Positions 51,411-58,124 of a stretch of 58,124 nucleotides of DNA are shown in pieces; the first letter of the stretch is position 1; the number at the start of each line of letters is the position of its first letter. Source of the DNA: Hanamia sp. (lineage in GTDB: Bacteria > Bacteroidota > Bacteroidia > Chitinophagales > Chitinophagaceae). The translations under genes and the position numbers were made by a program. The stretch is taken from assembly GCA_036565505.1 (NCBI GenBank), contig DATCMY010000117.1, forward strand, positions 1-58,124, read 5' to 3'. The notes under the pieces are model-generated. The model was given only the letters and a program-made list of their open reading frames with translations. It had not been told where the DNA came from and did not search any database.

Positions 51411-52632
51411 TAATAAAGCAACCATCGCCATAACTCAGGAACCTGAAATCATGCGTCAATGCATAATCATAAATTTCTTTCCATTTTTTCCCTGCCATTG
51501 CTGCAACCAATAATAACAAGGTGGATTTAGGCTGATGAAAATTGGTAATCATTCCATTTGCAATTTTGAATGGGTAGCCGGGTGCGATAATAATTTGGGT
51601 TTGAATAAAAAGCCTGTCTGTTTTTTTACCTTTCAGAAAATGTATTAATGCTTTTAATGCATCTTCTGCGCTGCAATTATTATTTTTTAAAGGATCTTCA
51701 TACACATCCCATTGTTTTATTTTCAAATATTCAAAATCAATTTCAGGATTCAAAAATATTTTCAACCCCATCCAATAAAGACTTTCAATCGTTCTTACAG
51801 AAGTAGTGCCTACACAAAAAATTCCATACGAAATATGGCTGATCAGTTCTTCAATAAATTTTGTTGAAACATCTATCCATTCAGCATGCATTTCATGCTG
51901 CTCCATTCTCTCAGATTTTACCGGTTTAAAAGTGCCTGCGCCTACATGAAGCGTTACAAAACCGGTATCAATATTTTTTTTCTGCAGGGACGAAAATATT
52001 TCTTTGGTAAAATGCAAGCCTGCTGTGGGCGCTGCTACAGAACCTTCATGCGCAGAATAAATACTCTGGTATCTTTCTACATCACTTTCTTCTGCTTTTC
52101 TTTTTATATAAGGTGGCAAAGGTGTTTCGCCCGCATGTTCTATAATTTCAGCGAAAGAAAAATTGCCGGGAGTCCAGCTAAGTTCAACTACATAAGCATC
52201 ACTTGGTTTTTCAATCAATCCTGCTTTAAGAATTATTTTTTTTCCGTTAATATCAATTATTTTTTCAAGAAATTTTTCTTTCCATTTTCCCGCGCCACCT
52301 ATCATACATTTCCATCTTGCAGAATTGTTTTGCTGAAGTACTACTGCATAATCTTTTATTTTTTCATAAGGCTCAAGGCAAAAGATTTCAATTACAGAAC
52401 CCGTTATTTTCTGAAATAATATCCTTGCTTTAATTACTTTGGTATCATTAAAAACCAATAAACTTTTTCCGGGTAAATGATCAGCAATATTTTTATAAAT
52501 ATCTTCTGAAATATTTCCGTTTTTATAAAGCAATAATTTAGATTGATCTCTTTCGGCCAAAGGATAAACAGCAATTTTTTCTTCTGGCAAAGAATAATCA
52601 AAATCGCTAATGGATAAGTTTTTTGGATGCAT
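51379..52632 (-). CDS. queA: S-adenosylmethionine:tRNA ribosyltransferase-isomerase (QueA family)
   Basis: Start reassigned to MHPKNL. Motifs PLPPYIKR, GSVAAPTAGLHFT, LHVGAGTF, TNFHQPKSTLL, FLSYGD. Bacteroidota often carry two QueA paralogues. Confidence 0.9.
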   Translation of the reverse strand: MHPKNLSISDFDYSLPEEKIAVYPLAERDQSKLLLYKNGNISEDIYKNIADHLPGKSLLVFNDTKVIKARILFQKITGSVIEIFCLEPYEKIKDYAVVLQQNNSARWKCMIGGAGKWKEKFLEKIIDINGKKIILKAGLIEKPSDAYVVELSWTPGNFSFAEIIEHAGETPLPPYIKRKAEESDVERYQSIYSAHEGSVAAPTAGLHFTKEIFSSLQKKNIDTGFVTLHVGAGTFKPVKSERMEQHEMHAEWIDVSTKFIEELISHISYGIFCVGTTSVRTIESLYWMGLKIFLNPEIDFEYLKIKQWDVYEDPLKNNNCSAEDALKALIHFLKGKKTDRLFIQTQIIIAPGYPFKIANGMITNFHQPKSTLLLLVAAMAGKKWKEIYDYALTHDFRFLSYGDGCFITNDENFRKFF

Positions 52633-52648
52633 TTTGCAAAGAAAACAA

Positions 52649-52691
52649 AAAAAATATTGGTCAGACGGTCTGCGTCTGACCAATATTTTTT
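52649..52691 (-). terminator. Intrinsic terminator after acs
   Basis: Perfect 19-bp inverted repeat AAAAAATATTGGTCAGACG-GTCTG-CGTCTGACCAATATTTTTT. Confidence 0.85.
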
Positions 52692-52750
52692 AAATAGTGT
52701 GACAATTAACTAATTACTGTATTGCCAGGCGGAGGCCGTCAGGGATGGAC

Positions 52751-54688
52751 TTACAATCTGTTTTCTTTTATTTCATCTACTATTCCGGGATCAAGCAGGG
52801 TAGAGGTATCTCCAAGATTTTCCATATCACCCTCAGCTATTTTTCGTAAAATTCTGCGCATTATTTTTCCGCTCCTTGTTTTTGGAAGTCCGTTTACGAA
52901 TTGTATTTTATCAGGTTTGGCAATGGCACCAATAATTCTGGCTACTGTTTCCAAAATATCTTTTTTTGCAAGTTCATCTTCCGGGTGCTTTTTTTCGGTA
53001 ATTACAAAAGCATAAATACCCTGCCCTTTGATATTGTGAGGAAATCCCACAACAGCGCTTTCCACAACACTTGTATGCATATTAATGGCATTTTCAATTT
53101 CGGCGGTACCAATGCGGTGCCCGCTTACATTCAATACATCATCCACCCTGCCGGTAATTCTGTAATTCCCATCTTTATCTTTTAAAGCTCCATCACCGGT
53201 GAAATACAAATTTTCATAAGTAGCAAAATAATTGGTGCGGCAGCGCTCATGGTCGCCATAGGTAGTTCTTAAAATACCGGGCCATGGCGCTTTAATACAT
53301 AGATTGCCCTTGAGTAAGCCATGTTCATCGGTTTCGGTTACTTCATTTCCACGTTCATCTACTAATACGGGTTGTACACCGGGCATTGGCAATGAAGCCC
53401 AACTTGGTTTGGCAGGTGTAACGCCAGCCATATTCGATATTAAAATTCCGCCGGTTTCTGTTTGCCACCAGGTATCCACTATGGGGCATTTCTTTTTTCC
53501 TATGTTTTCATCATACCAGTGCCATGCTTCTTCATTAATAGGTTCACCTACGGTACCCAATATTTTTAATGATGATAAATCTTTTCCTTTCAATGGTTCT
53601 AATCCATAGCTCATTAAACTTCTGATGGCTGTTGGAGCTGTGTAAATAATATTCACTTTATATTTATCAACGATATCCCAAAATCTTCCGGCATCGGGCC
53701 AGGTGGGAATGCCTTCAAACATTACGCTTGTGGCACCTGCACATAAGGGGCCATACAAAATATAACTGTGCCCTGTTATCCAGCCAATATCTGCCGTGCA
53801 AAAATGAACATCACCCGGTTTATATTGAAATACATTTACAAAAGTATAGGTTGTCCAAACCATATAGCCTGCGCAACTATGTACTACACCTTTTGGTTTG
53901 CCTGTGGACCCGGAAGTGTATAAAATAAAAAGCGGGTCTTCAGCATCCATCTCCGTTGCCGGCATGGTTACAATATTATTCTTCTCTATTTGGGATAATG
54001 CATATTCCATTTCATCTTCCCACCAAACATCCCTTCCTTTTAACATTGAAACCGGCCTGCGGGTTCTGGTGTAAACGATCACTTTTTTTACCGTGTGATT
54101 CCCAATTAAAGCATCATCAATAATACTTTTCAATGGAATGTCTTTTCCGCCACGGTAGGCACCATCACAGGTTACAATAAATTCTGCCTGTGCATCATAT
54201 AAACGGTCAGCGATACTTTGTGCAGAAAATCCTCCAAAAATAACACTGTGAATAGCACCAATTCTTGCGCAACCTAATACCGCATAAGCCAGTTCAGGCA
54301 CCATTCCCATGTAGATACAAACGCGGTCTCCTTTTTTGACGCCATTATTCAACAGTACCTGTGCAAACTGGCAAACTCTTTTATGTAACCTTGAATAGGT
54401 AACAACCCTCGTCCTTTCTTCAGGGTTATTCGGTTCCCAAATGATTGCCGGCTTCTCACCGAGGTCTTCAAGATGGCGATCAATACAATTTTCAGTAATA
54501 TTCAATTTACCGCCCTTGTACCATTCAATTTTTGGGTCTTTAAAATTCCAATCAAGAACCTTGTCCCATTTCTTATGCCAGTAAAAATTTTCTGCAACTC
54601 CTGCCCAAAATTCTTCAGGGTCATCAACACTTTTATTATAAACTTCATGGTATTCTTCCAATGATTTTATTTGATAAGGGTATTGCAT
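52751..54688 (-). CDS. acs: Acetate-CoA ligase
   Basis: YTSGSTGKPKG, TADIGWITGHSY, DTWWQTETG, LPKTRSGKIMRR. Confidence 0.97.
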   Translation of the reverse strand: MQYPYQIKSLEEYHEVYNKSVDDPEEFWAGVAENFYWHKKWDKVLDWNFKDPKIEWYKGGKLNITENCIDRHLEDLGEKPAIIWEPNNPEERTRVVTYSRLHKRVCQFAQVLLNNGVKKGDRVCIYMGMVPELAYAVLGCARIGAIHSVIFGGFSAQSIADRLYDAQAEFIVTCDGAYRGGKDIPLKSIIDDALIGNHTVKKVIVYTRTRRPVSMLKGRDVWWEDEMEYALSQIEKNNIVTMPATEMDAEDPLFILYTSGSTGKPKGVVHSCAGYMVWTTYTFVNVFQYKPGDVHFCTADIGWITGHSYILYGPLCAGATSVMFEGIPTWPDAGRFWDIVDKYKVNIIYTAPTAIRSLMSYGLEPLKGKDLSSLKILGTVGEPINEEAWHWYDENIGKKKCPIVDTWWQTETGGILISNMAGVTPAKPSWASLPMPGVQPVLVDERGNEVTETDEHGLLKGNLCIKAPWPGILRTTYGDHERCRTNYFATYENLYFTGDGALKDKDGNYRITGRVDDVLNVSGHRIGTAEIENAINMHTSVVESAVVGFPHNIKGQGIYAFVITEKKHPEDELAKKDILETVARIIGAIAKPDKIQFVNGLPKTRSGKIMRRILRKIAEGDMENLGDTSTLLDPGIVDEIKENRL

Positions 54689-54732
54689 CGATATGTTATT
54701 TTTTTGTTTATTGATATTAAATTTTAATAATT

Positions 54733-57705
54733 TTATTTTTTATTTCCATTTTCCCACTTCAACACTTCAGGAACCGCCGGAACCATAGCTTTATAAACAG
54801 CATCTTCAATACTTCCCCGGATATTCATTTTAAGTAAATTTAAATTTTCACCTCCATCAGGATTTACACGATTGCTTAAAAATACATAAACCAAATCATA
54901 TTTTGGATCCACCCAAATACAGGTGCCGGTATAGCCTGTATGCCCAAACGTAAGTGGTGATGCAAATCTTGATGGATAGGGATGTGGTTCGGTGGTGGTG
55001 TAATTATCTTTTTGTGGTTTATCAAATGCTATTCCACGCCTGCTGATACTTGAGTTGTAAGCAGTAAACAAATTAAGGGTTCCGGGTTTTATATATTGTT
55101 TACCATTGAATGAACCGCCATTTAAAAACATTTGTAAAATGGCTCCAATATTCTCAGCATCGCTGAATAAACCCGCATGGCCGGCAACTCCACCAAACAT
55201 AGCAGCTCCCGGATCATGCACATCTCCATGCAAATGCTGAAGACGGAATTCTTTTTCAAATTCGGTAGGAGCGATTCGATTGGTGTCAAATTTTTCTCTT
55301 GGTTTAAACCCTATCGAAGTAAGCCCCATAGGTTTATAAAAATATTTGTCAACGTATTGATCTATTGGCAATCCTGAAATGGCCTGTACCACTTTTGCCA
55401 TCATAATAAAATCATTATCACTATAAACATATTTATCTACAGGCCCAAGTTCGCTGTCCAAAATCCGTTTGTAAATTGTATCAACATAATCTTTACGCAG
55501 ATAAAGATTATTTGCCACCCTTACATTAAATAAATCACTTTTAACAGGGCGGTAATATAATGGTAACGGGCTTTTAGTAACAGGATCAATGGTTGCTCTA
55601 TAAAAAGGAATGTAAGCCACAAACCCTGCCTGGTGTAAAAGTATCTTCTCAATGTTCATGTTCTTTTTATCACTTTTTCTAACCCAGGGTAAATAGGTGC
55701 CAAGGGTTTTTTCGAGTTTCAATTTTCCTTCATCATACAATTTCATAACTCCCAGGGAAGTGGCACAAATTTTTGTAACAGATGCCATATCATAAATGGA
55801 ATTGAGCCTAACCGGTTCAGGAGTATCATAATTGTAAGTGCCGAAGGCTTTCTCAAAAACTATATTTCCATGCCGGGCAATCAATACTACACAACCCGGG
55901 TAAGCATGGCCAGCAATTCCTGCCAGAGCTATCGAATCTATATCATTGTTTAGTTGTTCACCGTTAAGCCCTTCCTGTTCGGGAGTAGCTAAGGGCATCA
56001 ACCTGCTGGTTACAATGCCGCTTCCAAATTTATAATTATCACAAACTGTTACCGGCAATGTTCCTTTGGCATCAATTTTTCCTTCAAGAATATCTGCTGC
56101 GGCATTTTGAGTATTAGGATCATCTTCATAACAAGCAACTAAATTTCCGGCGTCACAAAAACTGGAAAGTGCATAGGGATTGCCAAAATCAAAAATGATG
56201 GTTTTGTTATTTTGTTGAATTTGTTTTATTAAATCAAGTGCATAATTACTGATGCCAAACTGGTTGGCGGGATAGCGATTGTAATTGTGAACACCTATTA
56301 TGACTTGTTTGTAGCGTTTTTTAATTAATTCTACAGTTGATAAAATTCTCGTTGCACCCTCTTTGTAATTAAAATAAAATGCATCTGCATTCAAATCATC
56401 TTTTAATCTTTTGGAAAATGTATTGGCACTATCAATCCCAATCCCGACATAAACTATTTGTTTTCCTTTTTCAGTAGTGACTGGAAAAAAATCTTTATCC
56501 TGGTTGTTCAAAATAGTAATGGCTTCGTCTGCAATCTTTTTTTTCATTTCATCTATGCCTGCATTAAGATCGCTTGCAAGGTTGTTGGTATTAACCGGTT
56601 GCACATTGGCTACACCATACATGTATTTGTAGGCAAGCACTTTTTTACACTTTTCATATATATCGTTCCAACTTAGTTTATTGCTATCAATAGCTTCCCT
56701 GATTTTCGCAATTGAAGCGGGTACATCTTCCGGAAGACAAAGCATGTCGTTGCCCGCAATCAAAGATTGAGCAGCGATTTGTCCACCAGGAAAAAATTTG
56801 GAAACACCTTTCATGCCGAGCGCATCAGTAAATGTAAGACCATTAAAGTGTAATTTGTTACGCAATAAACCCGTTACATTATTTTTTGATAATGAGGTAG
56901 CGGTATTGGGCGTATTATCAATCGAGGGAATATAAAGATGGGCAATCATTACACTTCCCACTCCTGCTGCAAACATTTTTTTAAAAGGATATAATTCCAG
57001 CGAATCCAATTGCTCCATTGTTTTATTTATCACCGGAAGATCAAGGTGAGAATCTACGGAAACATCACCATGCCCGGGAAAATGTTTGGCGCATGCAAGC
57101 ACGCCTTCATCCTGCATCCCCTTCATATAAGCGATTCCATATTGGGCAACTTTATATTTATTTTCTCCGAAAGAGCGGTCGTTAATTACCGGGTTATTGG
57201 GGTTGTTATTGATGTCCACTACAGGAGCAAAATTTACCTGTATGCCCATACGTTTACATTGCTCGCCTACCAATTTTCCAAATTGATAAATTAAGGCAGG
57301 ATCATGAATAGCGCCCAGCATCATCTGGTGATTAAGTGGCGTTACACTGTCAAAACGCATACCCAACCCCCATTCAGCATCTATGCTTACCATCAAAGGT
57401 GTTTTTGCGATACTTTGAAAATAATTAATAAAATTAGCCTGCTTTACAGGAGTTCCCTGGAATAAACAAATGCCGCCAATATTATACTTTTGTATAGCAA
57501 TGGTGACTGCAGAATCATAATATATTGGCCCATCTTTAGAAAAACTACTTTCCCGTAAAATCATTAACTGCGCAATTCTCTGATCATCATTCAGGCTATT
57601 AAATACACTGTCTGCCCAATGAAGTGCCGCAGGATTAAAAATTTGGGAAAATGCGATAATCTTTAGAGAAGTTAGCAGGAAAAAAGTAGCCAGGATTTTT
57701 TTCAT
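54733..57705 (-). CDS. GH3 beta-N-acetylglucosaminidase fused to a beta-lactamase-family serine hydrolase
   Basis: GH3 motifs KHFPGHG..VDSH and FTDALGM. The C-terminal domain has SxxK (ASVTK), YSD and FGHTGYTG. Confidence 0.92.
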   Translation of the reverse strand: MKKILATFFLLTSLKIIAFSQIFNPAALHWADSVFNSLNDDQRIAQLMILRESSFSKDGPIYYDSAVTIAIQKYNIGGICLFQGTPVKQANFINYFQSIAKTPLMVSIDAEWGLGMRFDSVTPLNHQMMLGAIHDPALIYQFGKLVGEQCKRMGIQVNFAPVVDINNNPNNPVINDRSFGENKYKVAQYGIAYMKGMQDEGVLACAKHFPGHGDVSVDSHLDLPVINKTMEQLDSLELYPFKKMFAAGVGSVMIAHLYIPSIDNTPNTATSLSKNNVTGLLRNKLHFNGLTFTDALGMKGVSKFFPGGQIAAQSLIAGNDMLCLPEDVPASIAKIREAIDSNKLSWNDIYEKCKKVLAYKYMYGVANVQPVNTNNLASDLNAGIDEMKKKIADEAITILNNQDKDFFPVTTEKGKQIVYVGIGIDSANTFSKRLKDDLNADAFYFNYKEGATRILSTVELIKKRYKQVIIGVHNYNRYPANQFGISNYALDLIKQIQQNNKTIIFDFGNPYALSSFCDAGNLVACYEDDPNTQNAAADILEGKIDAKGTLPVTVCDNYKFGSGIVTSRLMPLATPEQEGLNGEQLNNDIDSIALAGIAGHAYPGCVVLIARHGNIVFEKAFGTYNYDTPEPVRLNSIYDMASVTKICATSLGVMKLYDEGKLKLEKTLGTYLPWVRKSDKKNMNIEKILLHQAGFVAYIPFYRATIDPVTKSPLPLYYRPVKSDLFNVRVANNLYLRKDYVDTIYKRILDSELGPVDKYVYSDNDFIMMAKVVQAISGLPIDQYVDKYFYKPMGLTSIGFKPREKFDTNRIAPTEFEKEFRLQHLHGDVHDPGAAMFGGVAGHAGLFSDAENIGAILQMFLNGGSFNGKQYIKPGTLNLFTAYNSSISRRGIAFDKPQKDNYTTTEPHPYPSRFASPLTFGHTGYTGTCIWVDPKYDLVYVFLSNRVNPDGGENLNLLKMNIRGSIEDAVYKAMVPAVPEVLKWENGNKK

Positions 57706-58124
57706 CAGATAAATAAATTTTTGAGATAAGGAGCCACAAGTTAAACAATTATGTTTTTTGTCAAACTGAAAAAGGATGAATGATTTTTTTTAATTTCTAT
57801 CCGGCAGATTAAATTTTCTATTTTATTTACGCAAAACTTTGGTTTTTCCAGATTTATTTTATTAATATGATTGAATAATATTTTTCCAGGTTAGTTTATT
57901 TCCAATTAAGCTCTTTGAAAAACAAAGGTTTATTGCCTACAAATGATTGACTTTACAGCCGGTTGCAATTTTATTTTTTTTTAATGCAAATAAAAATCTA
58001 CTTTAGAATTGTTTTAATGACACTTTAATTCAGAAACGATTTGCTATGATAGGAAAGACAATAAACCTTTACATTTTTACTTGCTTATTTTTTGCAGTTT
58101 TTAATACAGTTGTGGGTAATCCTG

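Noticed and set aside
51886-52419. 177-aa plus-strand ORF and the many other short ORFs nested in long genes
   Set aside because: Antisense or alternate-frame shadows of well-supported genes, with the Phe/Ile-rich composition typical of AT-rich reverse frames.
57706-58124. AT-rich terminal spacer as a possible RNA gene or origin
   Set aside because: No tRNA or rRNA structure and no DnaA-box cluster recognised; probably a divergent promoter region cut by the window edge.

Overview
AT-rich chromosomal segment from a Bacteroidota organism, most consistent with Chitinophagaceae (sprA-ruvA, PorP/SprF, type A and type B T9SS C-terminal domains, TAnnTTTG promoters). Most of the window is housekeeping: parA-parB-dapB, hpt, grpE-dnaJ, recN, fabI, ruvA, fabH, a queA-like gene and acs. 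It also carries several T9SS and envelope genes. The standout region is about 44.9-47.8 kb, downstream of fabH. It reads as an integron-like gene-cassette array with no integrase in the window. A Bacteroidota promoter abuts a GTT crossover-like site. Two small single-gene cassettes follow, each ending in a homologous ~195-bp inverted-repeat element (attC-like, but longer than canonical attC). The left end of each element is complementary to the start of its own cassette. A third cassette is cut off by an IS630 element, whose other flank is the 3' remnant of a DCC/YuxK gene, implying an IS-linked deletion or rearrangement. Other points of interest are an interlocked two-stem RNA element between grpE and dnaJ, a cargo-less T9SS CTD protein, an unannotated 51-aa membrane ORF, a zincin-propeller-Omp85-like protein and a metalloprotease whose putative prodomain is a separate gene. 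All family assignments come from motif recognition by eye; no database searches were run.
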